DNA of 64,000 bases from Azolla caroliniana. Its lineage: Eukaryota; Plantae; Polypodiophyta. A program made the translations under genes and the position numbers. The stretch lies in the NCBI GenBank assembly GCA_043228905.1, contig JBHGNT010000008.1:9486001-9550000 (forward strand), read 5' to 3'. A model generated the notes under the pieces. That model saw only the letters and a list, made by a program, of their open reading frames with translations, did no database searches and had not been told where the DNA came from. Of this stretch, positions 49,803-62,460 are shown one piece after another; positions within the stretch are counted from its first letter, which is position 1; the number at the start of each line of letters is the position of its first letter.

Positions 49803-52800
49803 TGTCGCGGCTTTCCGCGTTTGCATTTCGGATCCGGGCTGAACCACTAGGGTCATGGACCAGGAGCGGAAGAGTTGTCGGGTACTCGAATCCTCCGGTT
49901 CGATACTGGATATTCTCCAGACGCGACCGGTAACTGCACAGGAAGCAAGAGGGTGCGCCCTAATCCTTTCCGCCCCTTTCGCCGGTTGGTAGAGGGGCCC
50001 AAAAGAGGCACGGGACACGGCCCGGTTAACCGTGCCCGCACACATGCACGCACACATATACACACCCAGTTACAACCGGAAATTCTACACCGGCGACCAC
50101 GCAGGCACCCGCTCCCAAGCCCTACGCTAACCGGAGACACACACACACACCTACACACACAACGCTCGTTGCAATGCCAGTCCCACACGGACAGGAAGAG
50201 GGAGCCTCCACCCTAGGGCCGGTCGGGGAGCTCTCGGGCTCGCTCGCGCAACGGGACCCTCGTGCAGGGGCCCGCCTATTCTAGACTGACCGCCTCCTGC
50301 GCCAAGCCGCCTTCAGGGAGCGCACGAGCTCGCTGAACCGAGTGGGGTCTTGCGCACCAAGGAGGGAGACCTGCCAACGAACCACCTAGCGTGCGAGCTC
50401 CGCATAAGAGACAGAAGTCAGCACCTACACACACACTCGCAGACATGCCGGACAACGGAGTGCTGAGAGCCAACGAGCACGAACTCAGGGAGAGCACAGA
50501 TGGTCCGCACGCGGCCTGCCACAACCGAACACACCACCTACAAACGCACACCAAAGACACCGAAACCCTAACAGAAAACAGAGACAATGCACCCCTACAC
50601 CAAGATGAAGAGAAGACAAAGTATATATATATATATAAAGGGGAAGATACAAGCCCGACTTCGAGCCGGGCAACACCTAGAAAAAGAAGAAGAACTTACC
50701 CTAACAGAGCTTTGCCGCCATGGCTGCGGCACCCAACTTCTCAAGAAGGAGAAGACGAAGAAGACTACCAAGAAGTTACTAACCCTAGAAAATTCATAAC
50801 CGCAACAACCCTCGACCAAAATGGTATACCCTTATGACTCAAAATGGGCAACCCCTATACAAAGGGCGCACCCTTCCTTTTATAGAACAAGGAGAGGGAT
50901 GCGTAACAATGTGGGATAAATCCCTTATTACATGGGATCCTCTGTCCCGAATTAACTACTATTCGGCACCATGATGGTGTCATTTACACGATTTGTAAAA
51001 GGGTGAGTGCACATGCCCCGCCCCGCCGATTCCTCTGATATTCCCCGGTTTCTCACCATGGCCCGGAATCTTCACGACATCCGCCCCCACTAAACCGCAT
51101 GTCTACTCGTATGTGCCAAGTTCGGAGAAGTATGAGAGATTACAGCTGGTGAGAAACCGGTCTTCTGTAATCCCCATTCCGGCTGCCGCGTTGGCCTCGT
51201 AGATCCGAACCGTCGGTTCCAGTTCCTTCTCCGCGTTTGCCTCACCGTAGGCTTGTTCGACCCATCGATAGGTCGTTTGCCGCGATCCCGTAGTGCGCGT
51301 GCTTCCCCATTGGCCCTTCTTTTGAGTGCATGCATGCCTCTCGTTCCTGCGGTTGCACGGTATCCTCCGTTGAGGAGCACCCGTGATGGCCCGTTTGGCC
51401 TCCGTCAACCTTAGTGTCATCCCGGTTGTCATTCCTTGATGATCTCCATCACCTTCGTCCCCTCGCCACCACCTACCTTCTCCTTGGTCTTACGGTGCCA
51501 CGGCGGCCGAACTGCCAAGGTCTCCGGAACTAGTGTGGAGGATCCCTCTCTGGCCTTCTTCGCGAGATCACCCGAACCGGCAACCTATCTCTGCGCCGGT
51601 GTTCCCACTCCGGCACCTCCATGTGCTGCGCATTCCCCTTCCCGTGTTCGGCTCCGCCTGTGCCGAACCCCGGTTTCGTTTTATGCATGCGTCGTTGGCC
51701 CTCACCCGGTCGGATCGTGCATCGCCGCTTCTCCGCATACTAGTGTCCTCCACATTCGAGGAACACCCCGTAGTAGCCCGCTTGGCCACTTTCGTCTTGC
51801 GTTGTTGCCATCGGTTTGGAGCTTTCCGCTGGTCATCGTCCCCTCGCCCCCACCAGCTTGTTATCTCGGGTTCGGCCCGCCACGCCAGTTGTTGCCACTC
51901 CGACTGAGTCGCCGAGATCTCCGAAACGAGTGTGGAGGATCCTTCTCCGACCCTCAATCTTGTTCCCGGTCTCCATCCCGCGTAGTCCGTTTACACGCGT
52001 GTGTTCCTTTTCCCGGCACCTCCGTGTTGGGTCACCGACTCGCATACCAAGCGTGTCCGATCTTTGTCTTGCCAACTCTGCCGGTGTATCTGGTTCATGG
52101 CCGCCTCGCCGGCCTCATACCTCCTTTCGCTCTGCTTTCTGTCGTCCGATCACGTTCTCCTACCGTCCTTCTCTCTAGGTCTCACACCGGCTCTCGTAGC
52201 CGGCTGCCAGACTCTTCGGATCGATGTCAGTGTCTTCGTGGGACCCCCCCCTTGCCTTCTTCGGTTGCCCGCCTTGCCACCGCCACCGTTCTTCTCTCTA
52301 GGTCTCATGCCAGCTCTCGTTGCCGGCTGTCAGAGTGTCTAGAACCGGTGTGTGTAAGGTCGCGGCAGCACCACTTGCCGTTTTTCTCTGACCGTAGTCC
52401 CGACCTCCACGTCAGCCTCTTCCGCTGGTCACGTTCCCCTGCCACCACCGTTCTCTCCTATAGGACTCACGCCGTCACTCGAGCCGCCCGACGGATCGGT
52501 GTGAGGATCTCTGTAGACCGCCCATCCACAGTCTTTTGCCTTCGTCCCCTTGCCGCCACTGTTCATCACTCTAGGTATCACGTCGGCTCTCGGGCCGACC
52601 GCCGGAGTCTCTAGAACCGGTTTGAAGGACCCTCCTTGGGCTCTTCATATCTCGTACCCTTATCCTGGGTCGTCTTTCTCCGCAAGTCGAGAGGGTGGCT
52701 CGCTCCACACCCTCTCCCGTGGTACCGACGACGTACCAAGTTCTCGGCCTCTCTGTGGGCCTGCTTTCTCCTCCCTCCCGGATCGGTTATCTAGAAGTCC

Positions 52801-54985
52801 GCTTCGCCTGGTTCTCATCTGGGTTCGTTCGTCACTCTCTGGATTGCCGGGTCCCATTCTCCTAACGCCACCGTTCGTCACTCTAGGTCTCACGCCAACT
52901 CTCATTGCCGGTTGCCGGTGTGTCTAGATCCAGTGTGAGGTGACCCATAGGACCGGTCTTCGCTCTCTGCTTCGTCCCTTGTACTTCTCCCGAACTCGTC
53001 GTCGCTCTCCCTTCTGTGCTCCCGCCTCTATCTTCCTTCTCTTTCGGTCTCATGTTGCCACGTCGGCCGAATTGCCGAAGTCTCCGGTCAAGATGTGGGG
53101 ACACCGATTTCGTAACCACTCCTAACGACTCATCCGGGGCTACCGACCCTTCTAGTGGTGTCGGTGGAAAGCATCCGCTCTATGATTGATGAAGCCCTAC
53201 CTGGGCTTGATTCTCCAATGTCCAGAGTTTCGGCTCCGATGTCGATCCTGCCGGACTTGTTCTGTACCCTCGATCATCTTCCTTCCAATTCTCGACCTTC
53301 GCTCAGTCGGTCTTTCTCCCCATGTAAAAGAGGCCAGCTCGTCCCGCACCCTCTCTCATACCGGCACCATCGTGCCCCGCTTGGCCTCCAGCTCGACCAC
53401 GTCCGTCTTGTCCACGCGCCCCCTTCCTGCTGCGATGTCGCGTCGTTGCACACCACCTTCATTTCGCATACGGGTGACCGTGCTCTATGAGGTGCTCGAA
53501 GCTCCTCCTCTTTATGTTAGACAGTCGAGCCTTCGGTGAAGCTCGTGGAACTCCGTCCCCGTTGTAACAGTCAACTTCTTCGACCTTGCCCATCTCGATG
53601 CGCCGCTTCTCAACTCTCCTTCTCGAAGTCTTCGGCCACAAACTGCATCCTCCCTTGCCGCCCTTCACGTCGGGTTCACCAAATATGTCGCGACTTTCCG
53701 CGTTTGCATGTTGGATACGGGCGGGACCACCAGGGTCATGGACCAGGAAGGGAGGAGTTGCCGGGTACTCGAATCCTCCGGGTCTTGCCGCGTTGCCAGC
53801 CGGTTCAATCCCGGATATTCTCCAGACGCGACCGGTAACCGCACAGGAAGCGAGAGGGCGCGCCCTCGTCCTTTCCGCCCCTTTCGCCGGTTTGTACAAG
53901 GGGCCCAAAAGAGGCACGGGACACGGCCCGGTTAACCGCGCCCGCACACACACATATACACACCCGGTTACAGCCAGGACCTCTACACCAGTGACCACAC
54001 ATGCACCTGCTCCTGGGCCCTACGCTAACCGGAGACACACACACACACCTACACACGTAACGCTCGCTGTGACGCCAGTCCCACGCGGAGAGGAAGAGGG
54101 AGCCTCCACCCTAGGTCCGGTCGGGGAGCTCTCGGGCTCGCTCGCGGAACGGAACCCTCGTGCAGGGCCCGCCTATTCCATAGTGACTGCCTCCTACGCC
54201 AAGCCGCCTTCAGGGAGCGCATGGGTTCATTGAGCTGAGTGGGGTCTTGCGCACCAAGGAGGGAGACCTGCCGACGAACCACCTAGCGTGCGGGCTCCGC
54301 ATAAGAGACAGAAGCCAACACCTACACACACACTCGTAGACATGTCGGACCGCGGAGTGCTGAGAGCTAATGAGCAGGAACTCAGGGAGAGCATAGACGG
54401 TCCGCACGCGGCCTACCATAACCGAACACACCACCTACGAACACACACCGAAGACACCGAAACCCTAACAGAAAACAGAGACAACGCACCCCTACACCAA
54501 GATGAAGAGAAGACAAAGTATATATATATATATATAAAGGGGAAGATACAACCCCGTCTTCGAGTCGGGCAACACCCAGAGAAAGAAGAAGAACTTAACC
54601 CGAATAGAGCTTAGCCGCCATGGCTGTGGCACCCAACTTCTCAAGAAGGAGAAGACGAAGAAGCCTACCAAGAAGTTACTAACCCTAGAAAATCCTTAAT
54701 CGCAACGATCCTCGACCAAAATGGTATACCCTTATGACTCAAAATGAGCAACCCCTTTACAAAGGGCTCTCCCTTCCTTTTATAGAACAAGGAGAGGGAT
54801 GCGTAACAATGTGGGATAAATCCCTTATTACATGGGATCCTCTGTCCCGAATTAACTACTTCTCGGCGCTATGATGGCACCCCTATCAGTTACATGATTT
54901 GTAAAAGGGTGAGTGCACATGCCCCACCCCGCCGATTCCTTCGATATTCCCCGGTTTGTCACCATGGCCCGGAATCTTCACGACA
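49803..54985 (-). mobile_element. Non-autonomous Gypsy derivative E (tRNA-Trp family), intact in structure
   Basis: LTRs 49803-51079 and 53686-54985; TSD CCGG (49799-49802, 54986-54989); perfect PBS 53664-53681; G-rich PPT 51080-51096. The 2.6-kb interior has no recognisable PR, RT or IN. Confidence 0.9.
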
Positions 54986-57081
54986 CCGGTTGGGGAATTT
55001 CCAACTGATGGATTTCTAATGGATTTTCTATTAGAGATCTAGGTACTAAAGTAAGCTTAAGATAAGGATAAACTAATGATAGATAGAAAGGAGAAAGAGA
55101 AAGAAGGTTGCCAATCCACCCGACCACCCCCGAGCGAAGGGATCGAGACGGACTCGAGCCTCAATCGGCGTCCCATACCACCGCCGTGGCGTCGAGTCGT
55201 ACCTGGTGCTGGCGCGCTCGCTACAAGAGTTGACCCACCACAAGAGTAGAGTCTCGATGTAGTCAAAAAGATGATCAAATGAGGGTAGCTAGGCCTCTTA
55301 TATATAGCGATACCCAAGGCCCCCAAGCAAGTTCACACTAGACCTAATGGGTTGTCTCAATCCTGAGGATTAAAAGTAATCCTCCCCTTCTTTACACTCT
55401 CGTTTAACCCTCGCACTTATCCACGTGTATAGAATACTACGGTAAATTCTTACCACGGGATATTAAATGGTCATACCCGTAACATACTCCCCTTCTTTAA
55501 AACATTGCACTCTTGCAATGGAAAGTTAGGGAAGTTTGTTCTTAGAGTATTCTCGCGTTCCCATGTGGCATCTTTGATAGATTTGTCCATCCATTTAATT
55601 TTAAATTCTCGGATTTCTTTAGTACGTAACTTTTTTGTTTTAACATCGAGAATTCTTTCTGGTACATGTGGTTTCGAAGATAAATCTTTAGAAGTAACCA
55701 GAGTTTTAGTTGTAACTGTGTTGTTGCCAGAACCTAGAAGTTCTTTTAGACGACTCACATGGAAGACTGGATGAATTCCAACACCATCGGGAAGAGCGAG
55801 ACGATAAGCTGATGACCCAATGTTTTTGAGGACTATAAAAGGTCCACAAAACCATGGGGCTAACTTAGCACACTTACCCGTAGACAATGTCTTAGAATTG
55901 TGAGGTACACGTAAAAATACCTTCTGTCCAGGGTTGAATACACGAGGTTGCCTATGATGGTCGACATAAAAACGCGCTCTATCTTGAGCTGTTTTTATAT
56001 TATCTCGTGCAATATGCAACATATCTTGCATATCCCGAAGAAAGTTTTGCGTACTTCGCAACTCATCATGATGTATATTAACATCAATCGGGGCTCGTGG
56101 CTGAAAACCATACATCAACATAAAAGGACTATATCCCGTCAACATATGCTTGGAGCTGTTATAAGAAAACTCCAAAATTGGGAGATAACGTTCCCATTTT
56201 GTTGGTTTTGCACCAAAGTATGCTCGAAGCATGTCCTCCATAATTTGATTTACTCATTCTGTCTGTCCATCGGATGGAGGATGATCCGTGGAGCTCATGC
56301 TCAACGTAGTTTCTAACTTTTTAAAGACTAGCGTCCAGAAGTCACTAGTAAACTTTGGATCTCGATCACTCACGATATCCATCGGTAACCCATAAAAACA
56401 AAATAATTCATCAACGAATTGGTAAGCCGATTCAGGAGCTGTAGCGTGGTTTTAGTAGCAATAAATCTAGCCATTTTAGTTAGTCAATCAACGACAACCC
56501 AGATGGCATCATGACCTTTTTGGTTGCGAGGAAGGCTAACAATAAAATCCATGGATATACTTTCCCACTTATTATTGGGAATGTCCAAGGGATATAAAGT
56601 CTTGCGGCTTTAAGTCGCTCGGCTTTGTTAACCTGACACTGGTGACATTTAGTCACATAGCTATGTATGTCAGGACACATCTTAGGCCAATAAAATTGAG
56701 TGGAGATGAGAATGAGTGTACGATGTATTCCAGGGTGCCCTGCTGAGGGTGCATCATGGCATTTAAAAAGAATCCTCTTTTTGACCTTGGGTAAATCTGG
56801 AACACAAACCTTCCCATTACAGTAGAGCAAACCGTTAGCAATGTGGAAGTATTCCTTCGAGGATGTGGTGGTGTCTGTTCCAGACTCAACTCTTGCCCAA
56901 TATTTTGCAAAATAACTGTCATCAGGATACTTTCCTCGAAGGTGATCATAAAGATATGATGTTATTTCAGTGAAGCTAAGCATGTTAACTTCATGGATGC
57001 AACTTAGTGCATCAGCGACAGTGTTCATGGAACCTTTACGATATCGTATGGAAAAATCAAAGTCTTGGATGAGATCAACCC

Positions 57082-57559
57082 TATTAGGAAACAGGTCCCT
57101 CCGGATGGGAAGTGAGAAGAATAGTGCTGATGAGAATCTCGGCCGAGGCCGATAGGCCAAGGCTGAAATCGGATGAAGACTACCTGGCTACGGATGACTT
57201 GGTGAGAAACGGATGATGAAGACCCGGTGAGAACCAGATGAGGAGTACCCGGCTACGGATGACCCGATGAGAACCGGATGATGAAGACTCGGTGAGAACC
57301 GGATGAGGAGTACCCGGCTACGGATGACCCGGTGAGAACCGGATGATGAGTGCCCGGCAAGCGCCGGATGATGCAGGCCCGGTGAAGAGTGATCACCGGA
57401 TGAAGGGACATATTTGTAAATATGTTTCTGAGAGTCCATCAGGGCTATATTTGTAAATAGCCAAAAAGTCATATTAGTATAAATATGACTTAGGGCAAAC
57501 AGAGAATATAGTGTTGTTGTCTTTCTTGTTGGTTCAAGACTTGAGAGCGTGTAACAGTG

Positions 57560-57609
<50 letters not shown>

Positions 57610-60600
57610 GAGGTTGTTGCCTCTGTTGTAACCGTTGCCTGTGGCGAAGATCGTGAACACGAGGTCGTTGCCTCCGTGAGCTCACTATTGTACATTATGA
57701 TATAGTGATAGTTTGCAGTCTGTGGGCTGCCGTGGTTTTTCCCTAGTTTGGGTTTTCCACACTAACATCCTGTGTACTCCTCTCTCCATTGTGTCGTGCT
57801 TTCATTTCTCGTTTTCTGTGTATGATTCTAAGCTCGGTTGTGGCCGAGCGTTGCGCATAGGGAGCGTGCAGTTCCTGTCAAAGTGGTATCAGAGCGAAAC
57901 GACACAAAAAATGGACGATTCGTTGGGAGGCATGTTCAAGCTCACCGGCTCCAACTATTCGGTGTGGAAGTCGAAGATGAGGGACATGCTCGTGGTTAAA
58001 GATCTTTGGTTGCCGGTTCGGTTCGAGGACAAGAGACCGGACAAAATCGACGCCACGATATGGGAGGTGAGGCACATGAAGACAACGGCGTACATACGGT
58101 GATTCATCGACATGAGCCTATACAACAACTTCAATGAAGAGAGCAAGGCTCATGAGCTCTGGGAAAAGATCGGCATTATGTTTCAAAACAAAAATGTTGT
58201 TAATCAGGTTTCGGTATTCCGGAAGCTAGTAAGACTCCGATACCAAGATGGCTCCAGCATGGCGGAGCACATGAATGCCTTCCAGGGGCTGATCCACTAG
58301 GCAACATCGTTGGAATTACCTCTCGCCAATGAGGTACTAGCGCTACTCCTGCTCGGTTCCCTCCTGGATAGCTGGGAGACGTTGGTTGTCACTTTGGGCA
58401 ACGCCGGGCCGGAAGGGAAACGGTTATCCCTAGCAAGAGTGAAGTCGAGCTTGCTAGATGAGGAGGCGCGTCGGAAAGATAAGGATACAAGCTCCGACTC
58501 CAAAGTGCTCCTTACCGAATTGGAACGCGGAAGACATAGAAACCGTAGTCCCCAGAACCGGGAAAAGTCGGGGACGGGGTCAAAGTCAAGGGGGAGGCCT
58601 ACATGCTTCTATTGCGGCAAGTCGGGACACTTCCAAAAGAACTGTCGGCATTTCCAAAAAGACAAGGAAACCGACGGTACCGATTCGAAGCGGACACCGG
58701 ACCGGAACGGTAAAGACCGGAGGGGGCCGGACCGGAATGACACGGCGGCAATCGCGGCAAGTGAAGAAGAGTTGATGCTCATCACCGAGGAGAGTGAGAT
58801 AAACCTTGCCGGCGATGAGATGACCTGGGTGGTCGACTCCAGAGCGTCGTTCCACCTTACCCCGGTTCACCTTACCCCGGACCGGAAATGCTTCTCATCC
58901 TACTTAGCCGGTGATCACGGCTGTGTCCGGATGGGGAATGAAGGTACATGCCGAATTGTCGGCATAGGAGACGTGTGGTTGACAACGCCAACCGGATGCA
59001 AGCTACTGCTGAAGGATGTCTGACACGTTCCGGAGGTTCGTCTCAACTTGATATCAGCCGGTCGGCTAAATGATGAAGGCTACATGGGTAGCATCCGGAA
59101 CGGTGTTATGAAGTTCAGCAAAGGGAGCCTAATTGTGGCTCGGGCCTGGAAGGTAAACACATTGTACCTGATGAATGCCCGGTTATGTTCGGAGGAAGTG
59201 AACGTGGCATCCGACACTGCCGGTGAGCTGTGGCACAAAAGGCTGTGTCACATGTGCGAGAAGGGGATGAAGAGGCTTGCAGACGACAACCTCATTCCAG
59301 TGAAGAACGTGCACTTGGAGAAGTGCACTGACTATCTGGCCGGTAAGCAAAACCGGACCTCTTTCCGACCAAGGCCACAGATGAGACGTAATGCCCCACT
59401 GGAGTTGGTGCATATTGATGTGTGTCAAGTGGACACGAAGTCACATCCAAGATCGTAGTACTTCGTAACGTTCATAGATGAGCACAGCTGGAAGCTATGG
59501 GCCACACCGTTGAAGACGAAGGATCAGGTGCTATCCGTCTTCAAAGAGCTCCATGCAAGAGTGGAAAGAGAAACCGGTCGAAAGCTGAAGGCGGTTCGAG
59601 CAGATAACGGAGTTGAATACCAGGGGCAGTTCGAGGAGTACTGTCACTCGAAGGGAATCCGGCTCGAATTTACCGTGCCAAAGATGCCGGAACTAAACGG
59701 GTTGGCCGAAAGGATGAACTGGACCATAATGGAGAGGGTCCGGAGTATGCTAGCGCATGCAAAACTACCCAAGGCGTTTTGGGTTGAGGCGCTGTCGATA
59801 GCGACGTATGTGATAAACAGATCACCCTCAGTACCCTTGGACGGAGACACGCCACAGAGAGTCTGGACCGGTAAGGAAGTGTCTTACCGGCATCTGAAGG
59901 TATTCAGGTGTCTTGCGTATGTGCATGTAACTAAGGACCGGAGAGGAAAACTAGATCCGAAGACCCGGCCATGCATATTCCTCGGTTACGGCGACGATGA
60001 GTTCGGCTACCGAGTGTGGGACCTGGTCGACAAGAAGGTATTCCGGAGTCGATATATTATCTTCATGGAGGAGAAGACACTCGTCGACTGGGAGTCGGAG
60101 AAGAAGATAATGAACTCCGAGTCGACCGGTAAGGATCGATTCTACGATGAGCAAACCCAACCGACAAGAGACCGGTTAGCACTCAAGGAACCAGCCGGTT
60201 ACGGTGAGGATACCGAACCGGTAGAAGAAGAAGTAGAGGAAGCTGGAACCGGAACCAGCCAAGACCCCGAATCGGATTCGGATGAAGATCAAATGGAGGA
60301 GCCGGTTACCGAAGCCCAAAGACGGAGATATCCTCTCAGAGAGAGAAGGGCTCCCCGAAGATTTCCGGACTCAAAGCATGTGCTGCTGACCGATGAGGGA
60401 GAGCCAGAAAGCTTCGAAGAAGCGAAGGATGACACCCACAGCCGAAGATGTTTAAGTGCCATGCAGGATGAGATGGATTCCCTACATGAGAACCATATGT
60501 ACAAATTGGTGGAGTTGCCGAAAGGAAAGCGGGCACTCCGAAACAAGTGGGTGTACAAGTTGAAACCGGGAGATGCCGGCAACCCCCCGAGATACAAAGC

Positions 60601-62460
60601 CAAGATCGTGGTGAAGGAGTTCCATCAGAAGAAGGGCGTGGACTTCGACGAGATATTTGCCCCAGTAGTAAAGATGACCTCCATCTGGATGGTGTTGAGT
60701 ATAGCGGCAAGCATGGACCTCGAGGTAGAGCAACTAGACGTGAAGACGACATTCCTTCACGATGACCTCGAAGAGGAGATCTACATGCAGCAACCCGAAG
60801 GATTCGTGGAGAAAGGGAAGGAGCACCTGGTTTGCCGGTTGAAGAAAACCCTCTACGGGTTGAAGCAGGCCCCCCGGCAATGGTACCGGAAGTTCGACTC
60901 CTTCATGACAGATCAAGGGTACCACAAGACGCAGGCCGATCACTGCGTGTTTGTGAAGAAGTCCGAAGGAGGCGACTTCCTAATACTCCTTCTGTACATG
61001 GACGACATGTTGATTGTCAGACGGGACCAAGCCAAAATACGAATGTTGAAGAAGGCTCTCAACCGGACCTTCTCAATGAAAGACTTGGGTCCGGCAAGAC
61101 GCTGTCGGAGTGGTGAGCCGGTTTATGAGCAATCCCGACAAGGAGCATTGGGACGTGGTCAAATGGATACTCCGGTACTTAAAGGGCACTTCGAACATGT
61201 GTCTCCGATTCGGCTCCGGTAAACCTCAACTTGATGGTTTTACCGACTCAGACATGTCGGCTGATGTGGATACTATCCGGTCTACATCCGGGTACGTAAT
61301 GACATATGCAAGGGGAGCTGTTTCGTGGCAATCGAGGCTGTAGAAGACGGTTGCGTTGTCAACCACGGAGGCGGAGTACATGGCGGTTGTGGAAGCCGGC
61401 AAGGAAATATTATGGATGAAGGACTTCATCGGAGAGCTCGGTATCCGGCAAGATGAATACCGGCTCTATTACGACAGTCAAAGTGTCATCCACCTTGCTA
61501 AGAATGCGGCCTACCATTCCCGGACGAAGCATATCCAGCGTAGGTATCACTGGATCCGGGAAAGAGTAGATGACCAGGAGTTCACGTTGATGAAGATCCA
61601 CACGACCGAGAACGGGTCAGATATGCTCACCAAAGTACTGACACCTGACAAGCTGGATGCATGTCGGAAGCGGGTCGGACTAGTAAGACATCCCATGCCG
61701 GAGTGAAGGGGGAGTTTGTTAGGAAATAGGTCCCTCCGGATGGGAAGTGAGAAGAATAGTGCTGAAGAACAGGAAACCGGATGAAGAGTACCCAGCTACG
61801 GATGACCCGGTGAGAACCGAATGATGAAGACCCGGTGAGAACCGGATGAGGAGTACCCGACTATGGATGACCCGGTGAGAACCGGATGATGAAGACCCGG
61901 TGAGAACCGGATGAGGAGTACCCGGCTACGGATGACCCGGTGAGAACCGGATGATGAGTGCCCGGCACGCGCCGGATGATGCAGGCCCGGTGAAGAGTGA
62001 TCACCGGATGAAGGGACATATTTGTAAATATGTTTCTGAGAGTCCATCGGGGCTATATTTGTAAATAGCCGAAAAGTCATATTAGTATAAATATGACTTA
62101 GGGCAAACAGAGAATATAGTGTTGTTGTCATTCTTGTTGGTGCAAGACTTGAGAGCGTGTAACAGTGTATAGAGACAGAGAGAGAGGAAGAGGTCGCTGC
62201 CTCTGTTGTAACGGCCGCCCGTGGCGAAGATCATGAGCACGAGGTCGTTGCGTCCGTGAGCTCACTATTGTACATTCTGATATAGTGATAGTTTGCAGTC
62301 TGTGGGCTGCCGTGGTTTTTCCCTAGTTTGGGTTTTCCACGCTAACATCCTGTGTACTCCTCTCTCCATTGTGTCGTGCTTTCATTTCCCGTTTTCTGTG
62401 TATGATTCTAAGCTCAATTGTGGCTGAGCGTTGCGCATAGGGAACGTGCAGTTCCTGTCT
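57082..62460 (+). mobile_element. Full-length Ty1/Copia element C
   Basis: LTRs 57082-57880 and 61717-62460; TSD AACCC/AGCCC; PBS TGGTATCAGAGC (tRNA-iMet) at 57884-57895; PPT GAAGGGGGAG. Removing it restores the host frame (RW|VDLIQDFDF). Confidence 0.94.
57910..61706 (+). pseudogene. Copia gag-pol (gag, PR, IN, RT, RH) with stops and an internal RT deletion near 61100
   Basis: CFYCGKSGHFQKNC, WVVDSRASFHL, VRADNGVEY, LNGLAERMN, QLDVKTTFL, LYGLKQAPRQWY, LYMDDML, STTEAEY, RTKHIQRRYHWIRE. Confidence 0.92.

Noticed and set aside
51436-52614. 392-aa plus-strand ORF in element E
   Set aside because: It has no recognisable domain and a GC-rich repetitive composition, and it is antisense to the element, so it is probably open by chance.
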